In this document: positions 11,930-24,102 of the stretch, one piece after another
Numbering within the stretch: position 1 is the stretch's first letter
Layout: each line of letters opens with the position of its first letter
Assembly: GCA_036867785.1 (NCBI GenBank)
Contig: CP145417.1
Location: 372,001 to 436,000 of the forward strand
DNA length: 64,000 nucleotides
Direction of reading: 5' to 3'
DNA from: Plasmodiophora brassicae
Taxonomy: Eukaryota
Made by a program: the position numbers and the translations under genes
Notes under the pieces: generated by a model
Seen by the model: only the letters and a program-made list of their open reading frames with translations
What the model was told of the DNA's origin: nothing
Database searches by the model: none

Positions 11930-13817
11930 ATGGACCGTGTTAGTCGTCTGCTGGGCCAGGCGTCGGCGCCGGCTCCGGATCCGCCAGGGAACTCGGGGCG
12001 GACGAAGGCGGTCGCTGTCGTTGTCGGCGGGTGCAGGACGCCGTTCGTAAAATCGTTCGGGTCGTTGCAGGAGGTCCGAGCGGGGTGGCGCGCTATGTGT
12101 GACCTTTGACGAATGTGGATGCTAGGTGGATGCCACTGCCCTAGGCGTCGCCTGCGTGCGGGGCCTGATCGAAAAGTACAAGATCGACCCCGTGATCGTC
12201 GATGACGTCATATGGGGCAACGTTGTCGTGAACACGTCAGCGCCGAACATTGCGAGGGAGATCGTTATTGACGCTAAATTGCCTCGCTCGATCCCAGGTA
12301 AAGTGGAACAGTTTCGCAAATATATGTACGGGTATGCCTCACCGTCGTACGTCGTCCTTAGGCGTTACTGTGTCTCGCGCCTGTCTGTCCGGCTTGCAAG
12401 CTATCGAGCAAGCTGTGACATTGATTGAAAGCGGATACGCGCATGTTGTTATAGCCGGCGGTTCTGATTCAACATCAAACGGGGAAATGCCTGTTCCGAG
12501 GTCAGCATGATCGGGCATCTGTTTTCGCTACTGGTAAACGCTGTTTCGGCAGGCATCTTACGAGAGCGCTGGGGAAATACGCATTAGGAGGCGGGAAGAA
12601 GGCCGGATGGTCGGGAGTTCGCACGCTTCTCTCTGAGGCAGGGTCCCCGTCGTCTTGGGTTCCGAAACAGAATGAAATTGCAGAGCGGTCTACAGGAAGA
12701 ACTATGGGATACCATTCGGATTTGATGGCGGAGATTCGTGGCGTCAGTCGAACGGAACAGGACGAGTTTGCCAAGTCAAGCCATGCGAAGGCATCATCTG
12801 CGCAGAAGGCGGGTTACCTAGCGGAGGAGATTGTTCCTGTACCGACCTCGCAAGGAAAGCTGGTTGACAAGGATGACATTATCCGAGGTTCTGTCATTCA
12901 TGCTATCCTGTACGTGCTTCCACTGAAGGCCATTTGTTTAGAGTCAATCGACGTGAAGAAGCTTGCGTCGTTGTCGCCGGCTTTTCGTTCAGAGAAGGAG
13001 CACGGCACTGTAACGGCGGCCTCTGCTTCTGCATTAACAGACGGTGCTTCTGCCGTTCTAATCATGTCGGCGACCAAGGCCAAGGAACTAGGTGCGTTCG
13101 AATTTGGTGACAGGGATATCAGCTACTTGAATGGATTCCCACAGGTTTTCCTACGGATGTGACGGTTGCCGGGTTTGCAACGTCGGCTGTTGATCCATAT
13201 CCTGAGCTTCTTATTGCACCAGCAATTGCTCTTCCCAGAGCCCTTCAACACGCAAGTAAATCGACAAGTGCTTTGTTCGTCGAGGTTTCAGGTGACCTGA
13301 CGATTTGCGTCTGTTTAGACTTGTCTTTGAAAGACATCGATATATTCGAAATTCACGAAGCATTTGCTGCCCAGGTCTGTACGTTTCGGTGAGTCGGCTA
13401 CGCGCCGTGACCGCCATATTGTTTAGGTACTCGCGACTCTGCGGGCACTCGCTTCTGACAAGTTCGCGAAAGAATGTACGCCCGCAATGTGGTATCATGT
13501 GATGGTAGAGCCGCTTACATTGATTGATTGTAGTTCTGGGGCGTGATAGTGCTGTTGGCACCATTCCTGCTGATAAGATCAATCCATGTGGAGGATCAGT
13601 CGCTATCGGGCATCCGTTCGCTGCAACCGGAGGCCGCCTGGTCATTTCCGCAACGAACCAGTTGCGAAGAACGGGTGAGTGCGCACCATTGGTGCTGATG
13701 GATCTGTTGGCCAGTGTAATTGACTTGGGTGTCGAAGGAAAACGGTATGCGCTTCTCTCCATCTGCGCTGCTGGAGGGATCGGGGGCGTTGCCATTCTAG
13801 AACACAAACGTGAATGA
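11930..13817 (+). CDS. 3-ketoacyl-CoA thiolase (HADHB/FadI-like), multi-exon
   Basis: RTPFVKSFG, NIAREIV, TVSRACLSG (catalytic Cys), LTDGASA, EIHEAFAAQV, GGSVAIGHPFAATGGR, CAAGGIG. Confidence 0.95.
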
Positions 13818-13929
13818 TACGACATGTTTGGCAGGAAGCACACATCCACTTTCTACATCATATACAGTGTCGTTTTCTCCTGCGATAGTTTGGTCACAGC
13901 AACGACCTAATCGTCTGTATTGTGCTGGA

Positions 13930-14118
13930 TCACTTGACGGCGTACGACATGTACTCGGTGCCAAGGACAAATGCAGTGCAACCCAAAAGTAACTTAGTCT
14001 TCGTCCCGTCCTCGACCCGTTCGCTCCATGCCACCAGCTTGCGTACCACGTCGTTGGCCATGGCCCGCTCTTCAAGCATCTTTAGACGCCCCTTGACATT
14101 GCGCCACCGCGTCCACAT
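13930..14118 (-). CDS. possible small protein (~62 aa) with C-terminal hydrophobic stretch
   Basis: ORF MWTRWRNVKGRLKMLEER...KLLLGCTAFVLGTEYMSYAVK fills the gap between two genes; no homology recognised. Confidence 0.3.
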   Translation of the reverse strand: MWTRWRNVKGRLKMLEERAMANDVVRKLVAWSERVEDGTKTKLLLGCTAFVLGTEYMSYAVK

Positions 14119-14198
14119 CGGAGACAATGACCGGAACCGCCGAAGCGCGTCCAGGGCATTGTCTAGAGTTCACGCCGGTAATGGGACGTGTATTGCGA

Positions 14199-15100
14199 TC
14201 AGGACGGGGACTCGGACGTATCGCTTAGGTCGTCGTCAGCGGATGCGCTCGAGTTGGAACGCAGAGACGATGCCACTGATTGCCGTTGCCCCTGCCAGGT
14301 GCGCTGCTCTTCCTCATCGTCAACACTGGAGAACGGCGACACCATCACGTCATGGTCAGCGTCGTTGTCGACGCTAACGGCCGACGGCTGCCTGTACTGG
14401 AACCGTCGTATCCCAGTGATTCGCAGAAACGGAGGATCATCCAGCATCTCCACAAGCAGCGGCGCGAACCGGTTCCTATCCTGAACGGGCGCCGCGGGCG
14501 CTAGAATCGGTGCTCGACAGTTTGGACAACTTCTGGGGCTGTCCGGCGCGCTTAACCACTAGAAACCTGTCGCCTGAGCTTGGTCCTGGCGAGGCAAAGT
14601 GTGCGACCTACCGGTTGGAGGCACGCCCTGTGGAACTCGTGTCCACATGGGACCACCTGGCGGTCGGTCCGCACCATCTCGAAACAGATCGAGCACGTTA
14701 CGTTGGAGATGGCGCTTATCGGGTCGCCACGTGCGGCAGGTGCTGACGGATCATCCTGCAGATCGGTGCAGATAGCGATGGCGGGTTCGGGTAGGACTAA
14801 GGCTGGCATGGGTGGTGGCAGTACCGGACGGTGCCGATGCGAACGTGCCGTCGACGCTCGGAACGCACTTCGTCGCATGTGGGGCATGGGGAGCACCCTG
14901 CGATTCAGGCGGACCACCATCCGGCTCGGGCTGTCGGATGTCCCTGATCCGTCTTCCTGCATTCGCCAAATGGGCCAGACCGCGTTGTCAGACGAATATC
15001 AACGCAAGGCATCCCATTCATCTGGATTGTTCCCGAACGTCGACATGGTGCACCGAGCCGTGTCGCCCTTGTCTATGGCCAGCGCGCTATGGACCTAACA
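14199..15100 (-). CDS. RING-H2 zinc finger protein (5' end uncertain)
   Basis: CSICFE...PCGHEFHRACLQP + GT-AG intron (~14540-14611) + WLSAPDSPRSCPNCR; acidic Ser-rich tail ending at 14199. Confidence 0.8.
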
Positions 15101-15634
15101 CGGGCATCGACCATCGGGCTCGCGTCATTTCAAAGCGGAAGAGCGAGGGACCCTCCTACCTAACGTTGGTCTTCGATGAGCATGATCGTCACAACTGCAG
15201 CAGCCACTTTGGGACAACGGGGTGGCACCCGCCACAGATAACGTAGAACAACCCGGCCGGGGCTGACGTACCTCCTGACGATCTTAACGCGTAATCGCTG
15301 TGCACTGATTGCACCGGCGGCTGCGATGTCTACCTACAGCATCCGTCTGGTCCCAGGCCGACCGATCGTAAGGACGGAAACCGCTCTTCTTCCTGCCCAC
15401 GCCGTAACGATGCTCGGCTAGGCGGGTCTGTCCGGGAAGCTGACAAGCGCTGCTCGCTCGGTGGCCGGTGCCCGTACTGCTGATCGTGCGGCGCCGAACG
15501 CAACAGCGAACGGGAACGCGGGCGACGGTGGTCGGCAGAGCGCGGCGCATCGCGTCGGGGTCGTTCGACGGCCACCGCATGGGACGCCGCAGGTCGTGCT
15601 CGGCGATGACGACGCGCGGGGCACGCCACGGTCG

Positions 15635-18600
15635 ATGCTCAACGAGCATATCAGCGTCCTGCGTAACGTCATGCAAGCCATCCTGCTCAGCCTCGACGCC
15701 ATCGGCCTGGACATCATCCAGGACCAGTTCGCCAAATGCAGCAACCACGAGATGACGATCGAGCAGGTCCGTTCGCTGGGCCCCATATGGCAGGTGGATC
15801 GGCACCCCTGAGCCCCATTGCCATAGTTTGTCACCATGATGGTCAGGATGACGTGCCATCCAACGGCCGGCCTGTTCGAGCAGGTCCTTGTCGATCGCGT
15901 CGAGGTGGCGCAGGCCCTCGCTGAGCTGTTCGACACCATGGATCTCGATGGTATCTATGTCATCACTTGCGTCATTCGACCGGCCAACAGTGCTCAATTG
16001 CTGCTCCAGGCAACCATACGATCGAGTTCGGGGAGTTCCTGGAGACCTGCATCCACTGGGGGTTATCGGCCGGCAGCGGTATCGAGTCCCGGCAGGTCTT
16101 GAGCGCCCCGCTGCAGAAGTTCACGATGGGGCCGACCGCCCACGTCGACAAACGGACGACCCGTACGCTGCTAACGTACATCGAGCCACTTGACATTGTC
16201 CTGTTGTTCCAACCCAACGCGAAGAAGATCAAGCTCGTCGTAAGACGTCGTAACGCCACGATCGCCTAAGCGCGCGACTCACCAGAACGGTGCAGGATCC
16301 CGACTACCTGAACGTGACAAAGACACTGCACCTAGGGAACAAGAATGTGAGCGCGTTCGAATGGATCCCATACGATTCTACTGGCATCGTTCGGAAGCTA
16401 CTGGCGACGTCCGCGCCGAAGGCGATCCAACTTTGGGAGGGGATGTCCACCGGTGGAAGGTCGTTCCGCGTTGGAAGTTCGTGCACTCGTCGATACTGAC
16501 GCTGCGATAGGTTCACCGTGCAGTCTGAGATCCCGATTCGAATTGCGGTGACGTGTCTGAAATGGATGCCGGCCGCCGACCTCCTTCTCGGCGGCGGAAC
16601 CAATGGCGTCCTGTACGGGTGGAACCTGGATGGCGTCATGAAGAAATCGCTGACCGGGCATTCATGCGGTATCACGACGTTGCTGGTCGTCCCTGGCAGC
16701 CACCAGGTCGCTCAATTTGTCGTCGAACACGAACGTGTGGCTGAACGTTCTGCAGGTTCTGACCGGGAGTTCCGACAGGACGATCCGATTATGGGATTTC
16801 GAGTTCGGCCATGGGTTGAAGATGCACTACAAAGGGCACCAAGGCAAGGTGACCTGCCTTGCAGTGAATAACGAAGGCAAGGAGTTCGTTAGCGGGTCGT
16901 CGGCGAACGAACTCCTGGTCTGGAGCCTCACCGACCGCAACGTCTTGCATTCGTATGATCGTGAATATCCTCCTCTGACGTCTCCGCTGACATGCTTCGA
17001 CAGGATCAATGGGCATAAACACGCGGTCACATTCGTGACGTTCGTGCCTGGGTCGCCCGAGTTCATCTCAGGCGACCAGTCGGGGACGTTCATGATCTGG
17101 GACACTCGCCTGACGTTCTCGCTGGTGCAGACGTTATCCGCTGCTGAACAGGGATTCTACATCGGCGCGACGCTTTGCACGAAACGAGACGCGCGACTGG
17201 TAGTCCCGTTTGACGTCGACCTGATGAGCTGGGACCAGAAGACGCAACGCCCACTGATGAGGCGCAAACGTGAGGTGACCGAACATATTGAGGAATACCT
17301 GATATACGCCGCATACGTTGACGTCACGTGCTCGTTCATCACGGCGACGTCACGAACAGGTTAGTCCTGGCTGACGATAAGAAGAAGGGGACGTGACACC
17401 CATGCCAGTAACGTTCTGGAACGCGTTGAACGGGTGCCTGAAGGAGCAATACGATGACCTGATGGACGGCTACGAGATATCGGCGATCTGCATTGATGAC
17501 ACCCAGCGGAAGATCATCATCGGTGATGTCACCGGCCGCATTCGCGTCTTCAACTCCATGTCTGGTATGCAAAGAAGTTCGACAGCGTCATCGGGAAAGG
17601 CTAACGATGGACGGAAGGACGTGTCATGAAGGTCCTTGAAGGACACAGTGGCGAAGTCATTGCCCTTCAGTACGTGAGCTCGATCAAGTAGGTGGATCCG
17701 TGCTCTTGAAGTTGACACTGTGCCTGAGGCTTGCTCACTCCAGGACGGTGGTGTCTCTTGGCCGCGATCTTCATTTCAAAGCACATGATGAGGTTCGCCC
17801 TCGATTTATTTGTTGCCCTTCCTCTGCGCCGCGCGCGTTAATGCTGTGGCAACAGGCCCCACAACAGCATTGCCCTGTGATACTGAACGTCAACCTGCAC
17901 CACCACTCGGTGGAGAGCCCAACGGCCATAGCGACGTCATCGAATCTGGGCGTGATGGCGGTGGGCGATTCTCACGGCCGGATCATCATCTGGGATATTC
18001 AACTCGGAGCGCTTCTGGAGCACATCCGCCCTGCGATATCGAACGCGATCGCAACCATGAAGATCCTGGATCCGTACCCGTTGCTGGCTGTGGCCGACGG
18101 CACGCCATCCGTTGTTATATACGCGCTGCACCCGCTGTCAAGCCACGCCCAGTGCCTGCAGATCGTCGATGGGCGCGCGGGAGATATCATCAGCCTGACG
18201 TTCGACGGCATACGATCCCTGCTCTACACTGGCGACGCCATCGGGAACGTTGCCGGTTACTCGGTACGGGTGGGCACGCTATTGGGCAACTGATCAAACG
18301 CTGACGATTGCGCCCAGATGCAACACATGCTGGACGACAAGGGCATCCATCCAGTATCAACGACATCTTTCGACAAAGACGCGCGCATGACCGCCATGCG
18401 CGCCAGCATCGTCCTTCATCACGGCAGCGTCCTGGATCGCCGCCCGACGCTCAAGCATCTCGCATCGCTGAACACGTACGGCCTACCTCGTACGTATTCG
18501 TTCCGTCCGTGCGACACAGCGATCTCGTTGCTGGGGCACATCCAGGACCCGACATCCCTTGTCGTGCTGTCGTACAGTCCGCATCTGTCCGTCTGGACGC

Positions 18601-19349
18601 CGTCAGGTGAACCACTCGGTAAGGTCGGCACGCTGGACATCAGCCGGAGGTCGTTGCAGGCGACCGCCTGGAAGGTAACTCCAGCCACAGAGAGCGCATT
18701 GCATATATGACGGCGCGCCCTAATGTCCGTCGTGCAGTTCCCGGTCAACACGGAACGACGATTGGCGCGCGCCAACGCGGTCGCCGCGCAAGTCGTCCAG
18801 ATAATGGACCAGGATCCCGGTGGGCACGACTTCCTGCTGCGACTCGATCAGCGGAAGCGCATGGCGACCAGAGCAGTGGACAGTGCCGCGTCAGCGGCTG
18901 ATTTCGATGAAAGCGGATCGAGCGACACCACGCAGGGCGGACCTCGCCGGAGGTCTTCACTTGCGACTCTTTCGTCGTTGATGTCGTTGAACAGCAACGT
19001 GTTCGTGACGCAGCATGCGGGCGCGCCGCTGGTAACGGAGGACGACCTGGTGCGATTGCGGTCCGGGTCGATGACGTTCGACGAGCGCGTTCAGGTTCGG
19101 CAGAAGATGTCGACAGCGGGGATGGACCCGGTTAGGGCGTTCCCTCGGACCTGGAAGAAATCCAACTTGGGCATCATGGAATCGCCGCCGATCAGCAATG
19201 CCCCGTCGAGAATGAACACGCAGCGGTCGCTATCGGGCAGGTCCCTTCACAGCGCTTCATCCATGCGCCGGTCCTCATCAGAAGCCATTGGCATTAAGAA
19301 GCAGTCTGTTTACCAAACCAGAAGCAAACTTAGATCCAAGGCCATATAA
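15635..19349 (+). CDS. EF-hand + WD40-repeat protein, multi-exon
   Basis: LFDTMDLDG/NHTIEFGEFL EF-hand; repeated GH...WD units (LTGHSCGIT, GSSDRTIRLWD, KGHQGKVT, GDQSGTFMIWD, GDSHGRIIIWD). Confidence 0.85.
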
Positions 19350-19417
19350 ACGACTTTGACGCAATTAAGACACGCAGGGCACGTTTGCATCGAACGTCGT
19401 GGTCGACAAGCTCGCGT

Positions 19418-20257
19418 TTAGTTCTTGCAATGGACAGCGTTGCAGAAAGGGTGCCGGTCGATATCGATTAGTCGGATGCGGCGATGACGGCTCAGTCGAA
19501 GCATGCGTCTGAGGAGATCGCGTGCATCGGCCGACAGGTAGTCGGGTAAGTCAAGGGCGCCTTTCCCGTTGCGCTGCGGCACCTCGCCGGTCACCATCTC
19601 GTGCAGGACGACACCGAGCGACCAGACGTCGGCAGGTTCGCCACGAGCCACCATCCAGTCCTGGGACACTTCCGGCGCTTGGTACCCGGGCGTACCGGCA
19701 TTCGACAGGAGAACTTGGCGTCGGGGCCCCATTCGCCTACTGGCACCGAAATCCGCCAGCTTGGCGTTCCCGTTGGCGTCGATGAGTATGTTGCTGCCCT
19801 TGACGTCCAGGTGTGCGACTCCATGACGATAACAGTAGACGAGCGCGTCCTGGACCTGAAGGAGAATTCGGCAAGCGTCGCTTTCATTTAGGCGACCATG
19901 TCGGGCGATAAGGTCGTCGAGCGTGCCGCGTGGTACGAGTTCCGTTACAAGGAAGGCCCGCGTTCCACTGACAATGCTGTCGATCGGTGTGACAATGCGA
20001 GCGTGGTTCTTCAGAATCTGGTGAATCTCGAGCTCCCGTTCCCAACTGTCCCTCGACGTATCGATCTGTTTCAGGGCAACCGCGTGCCCTGTCGTCAGGT
20101 CCACAGCGCTATGCACGGCAGACAGCGCCGGGTTGCTCAAGCGCCTGCCCACGACATATCGTCCCCCGACAATCCGGCTCTCGTTCGTCGCGGCCCAAGC
20201 CGGAGCGCAGACGACGACCCAAATCAGCAGGCATCGCTGAGCAACAAATCGTGCCAT
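19418..20257 (-). CDS. Ser/Thr protein kinase (CAMK-like) with N-terminal signal peptide, intronless
   Basis: MARFVAQRCLLIWVVVCAPAWAA; VALK, HLDVKGSN, DFG, GTPGYQAPE, DVWSLG. Confidence 0.9.
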   Translation of the reverse strand: MARFVAQRCLLIWVVVCAPAWAATNESRIVGGRYVVGRRLSNPALSAVHSAVDLTTGHAVALKQIDTSRDSWERELEIHQILKNHARIVTPIDSIVSGTRAFLVTELVPRGTLDDLIARHGRLNESDACRILLQVQDALVYCYRHGVAHLDVKGSNILIDANGNAKLADFGASRRMGPRRQVLLSNAGTPGYQAPEVSQDWMVARGEPADVWSLGVVLHEMVTGEVPQRNGKGALDLPDYLSADARDLLRRMLRLSRHRRIRLIDIDRHPFCNAVHCKN

Positions 20258-20424
20258 GATGATGACGACGACGAGGTGCGTCGCGTCAAGGACGGACAAC
20301 GAGACGGTGGTGGTCTTGCAGGATCGTCCTGACGTCTATTTCTGGCGAAAACGGACGACTCTGCTCGGATCGGCTACCCCTCCGCGAGCCGAAGACGATG
20401 CCACGTGTGTAAACACCGTTTGCA

Positions 20425-21060
20425 TTATTGTTCTTGTGTTGATGTCATGCAGCACCATTGCAACATGGTGGAGATACCACAGGTGCCGAACCACCCTTCG
20501 GCGCTTGGCGTCCTGCTGTCCAGACGTCCGTCGCCGATATCAACAGCACAGTGAACGGGAGACTGGCCGATTGCGTCTTGGGCATCACATCGTCTCGTCA
20601 ATGGACTTGGCGGGACGTCCGGGACGACATTCAACGGCAACATCGACAGGGAGCGCGACCGTCGGCGCATTCCACATTGTGTCTCCGCCGACGAATGAGA
20701 ATGACTCCATCGGCACGAGTTCGAGGATGCGTCCACCTCGTCGGGAACATCGCCCATGTGCACCAGGTGTTCGCCACCGCAACCCGAACCATCGTGGCAG
20801 ATGGCTTCAGATGTGCCCCTACCAACAGATTCGGCATCATCTTCATAAGGTTCCGCTAGGTCCTCCAGCAACTGGACGTTGCTGGTGGTCCGCATCGGCT
20901 CAATGCACTCGCGTCGTACTACCCCTGGTACGGTGGGCAGGACAAGCTCGACATCGTCGTGGTCTTTCAGGACTTGCGTTAGCACGCCAGCGGATATCGC
21001 CATGAAGTCCAGGCTAGGCTTCCAGGCGTCGTCATCGTCGTCGTCATCTGCAGACGACAT
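20425..21060 (-). CDS. hypothetical protein (211 aa)
   Basis: ATG-initiated ORF filling the intergenic space; acidic N-terminus; no recognised domain. Confidence 0.45.
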   Translation of the reverse strand: MSSADDDDDDDAWKPSLDFMAISAGVLTQVLKDHDDVELVLPTVPGVVRRECIEPMRTTSNVQLLEDLAEPYEDDAESVGRGTSEAICHDGSGCGGEHLVHMGDVPDEVDASSNSCRWSHSHSSAETQCGMRRRSRSLSMLPLNVVPDVPPSPLTRRCDAQDAIGQSPVHCAVDIGDGRLDSRTPSAEGWFGTCGISTMLQWCCMTSTQEQ

Positions 21061-21165
21061 ATTACAGGGCCCTACGCGGACGTCCTCGTCGGACCCGATC
21101 TACGTTTATGAACGTTGGAAGATTAATCCCGGTACTGAGCACGCACCAGGAATCCATCCACGCCG

Positions 21166-23533
21166 TTATGTCAGCAACGGTCGAGGCATCAACCCAGCTA
21201 GAAAGTCAGCGAACCGTATCTCGCCCTTCGGCGGCTGCTCACCCAGGTCGTAGAACCAGAGAAGAAGGTCGAGCTCGTCCGGCGACGGCGGGGAGACGTC
21301 GGCACCACAGAACGACGATAATTGCTGGGCACGGATGCGTCCCTGATCCTGAACCATGTCGTACAAGTCGTAGAACGAGACGTCGTTCGCCCGGCGTAGG
21401 AGAGCGGCTTTGGCTTCTTCCAGTTCGATTTCGATCGCGATAAGGTTGTACAGTATCACTGCCAGGGCGCGCGCGTTCAGGGGCATCCCCGCGAACGATC
21501 GAGCTTCTGGTGACGTCGCCGGCACGGGGCTCAACCCCCGTCGTAGGGAGTCCAGCGTCAACGTCCTGATGTCCCGTGTGGATACACGCTCCATCAATAA
21601 TCCAGCCTGTCCATCGGTAACGCTGATGCCGTTCGCGTTGATGAACGTCGCAATCGACGACGCGGTGACTGGCGGGAACCAGCAGGGGGTTAGACCAGGG
21701 CAACGAGTGGACGATCTGGAACCCGTACCAGCAGGCGTTCCGCCGTGAAGCAAACTGAAGACGGCCTCGTGCGAGAACCCTGGCTCCCGAGACAGTCCAA
21801 CCAGAAGATCATTCCTTCGTCGAGCCAGGTCGATCTGCGACCTGAACAGCGCTTTCAACGCGTCGCGGCCATGAGATCGCCCGTCCTCGCTGATGTGTTG
21901 TCGTTCACCGGGTTGGTGCTCTCGCCAACCAGCAGGCGACGGTGTAGGGTGCACGATCGCATCGCGAGGTGCACTGCTGACGACGGTTGTGGTGGTAATA
22001 GGTACGTCAGGCTGGTGGGTTGGAGGCATGTCGTTCTGGACAGGACATGGACGGCGCTGGTCGGGCTCTGCGTGCCCCCGTCGAAGCGATTCGTCCACCA
22101 CCTGGTCACATTGGGTCGCTCGATCCTGATGAATGTGCTGGATGGGATCGGACGGGCGCAAATCGTTGAGCGTGTACGACGTCGCCTCCGCCGCCACAGA
22201 TGGGGTTGCGTTCAGGTCGAACGCTGGTTCGGGCCGCTGTGCAATCGGCGACCAGTGTGGCGATCCAACCCGGGTACTGCCGTCATGGATGCATGCGTCG
22301 ACGTATGACGATTCAATACGAATCACAATCGAGGGCGATGCAATCGACCTGGCGTAGACCGCCACAACTGGTGACGATACCGGTTCCACCTTGTTCTTCT
22401 CCTCATGGACTGTGCCGACATCCTGTGCTGCCACGTGATCGTCTACCGCTTTCGGCATGACACAACGTTCCTTGTCGTCTGCGACGTCGCCTGCCCAATC
22501 ATCATCGATCTGTCGATCCAGGCTTGAATTCAGGTCTTCTAGGACGGGAAGAGGGCGGGCGTCCTCGTAGTTCGAGATGGAATCCTGCTGGCGATCATCT
22601 TGCTGGTAGTACGCATTCCAGATGCGGTCGATAACAGCAATGGCATCGGCCACATCCGGTCCTGGAACGTCGTCGCCGCCTGGCTCGGCCATCGTGGAAC
22701 TCACCGGCATGAACGCATCCATCCACGCCGATAGCGACACCCGATCGTGATCGTCGGCGCCCATCACGCGGAACAGGCTGGTGACCGCCGAAGGCCCCAT
22801 GATGACACCCTTTCCGTGCAATTAGTCCTTAACGGGTGCGGGTTGCACACGTTTGATAGGTCGTACATGGCGAGCCAGAACTAAGGACAGGTCGCGACGG
22901 CACACGAACCCGTTGCCGTCGACATCGAACCGATTGAACGCGTCGACTAGATCGCATCGTAGCCGATGACAGAGCTGTTGCCAATCGCGTTCCGCCTTGA
23001 TCTCCTCGATGAACAATGCTCGCAGCCTGCATAAATGTCAGCAACGATGGCCCTCGTGACCCAGACAAACCGGATACAGTCGGGACGTGTGCTGGGTCAC
23101 ATCAATCGACGTCGATGGAGCGTGCTCACAAGTCTCCAGCGCCACCCAGGCCGTCCTCGGACGGATCCCATTCAGAAACTCGTCGTACGTCACCTGACCG
23201 CACCTCCTCTTGTCATACCTGATATTCTCCACGTCAGAAACCGCCAACTGATGACATACAAACTGTCGACCGCCTGATCACGAAATGGACATCGGTCGTC
23301 GACACATCCCCATTCCCTCGCCGTAGGAACCTTCCGAATTCAGCAGCAGTTACGAACGTCTTGCTGGTGGCCGTCACGCGAAGAGGACTGCTCTCGGCCA
23401 ATACCATCCAGGCAGTGTGTTCGTGGAACCGGTTATCGCTTGCTAACCTCCTTCTCACGTCTTCAATGCCCTGTTCCCTTTTAGCACGCGCCGCCAGGAT
23501 GGAGGCGACCGCCGCCCTGTCCTGGAACGCCAT
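21166..23533 (-). CDS. Multi-EF-hand-like calcium-binding protein, multi-exon
   Basis: AFNRFDVDGNGFVCRRDL, RYDKRRCGQVTYDEFL, ADDHDRVSLSAW, FYDLGEQPPKGEIRFADFL; short GT-AG introns. Confidence 0.75.
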
Positions 23534-24102
23534 CGTCTCTCTCTGCCGTTGTTATTGGTTTGTTGCACACAGTGTGACTGTTGCCCTCTGTGTACGCCGA
23601 TCGCGCCTGGTCGTGCTGGAACACGAACGACCGGTACGAGGTCGTCGGCCTTGTGGGATATCTCGTCGATCCATGCTGCATCATCGCCGCTCACCGTTAA
23701 CCGCATGGGCCAGGGCGTCCAGTTGCCTTCAGCGGACGACGTTGCCGCCGATCGATCTTGTCGCTGGTACGACAGGAACGCTGCCCGTTGCCTTGTCGGC
23801 CGTTTTGTCCACGTCGACGTCGTGGGTTGCGGCTACACATCCAGGGTCGTCCCAGTGCTCAATCCCATATTCTAGTCTTCACCTACGACGGCCAGACAGC
23901 GCCCCGTTCCTAAACGAGGCCGTCCGAGTATCGCGAGCCGGTGCGGCTCGAGACCGGACGATACCGAAGAAGTCGACGGCATGTCGACGCTCGAACCGAA
24001 CAACACGACTCTGTCAACAAGACGGCATGAGCGTTTTATCATAGGACCATGAATTCAGAAAGCACCATTTGCGCCTGCACTTGACAGGTTTGCTCCCAGG
24101 CT

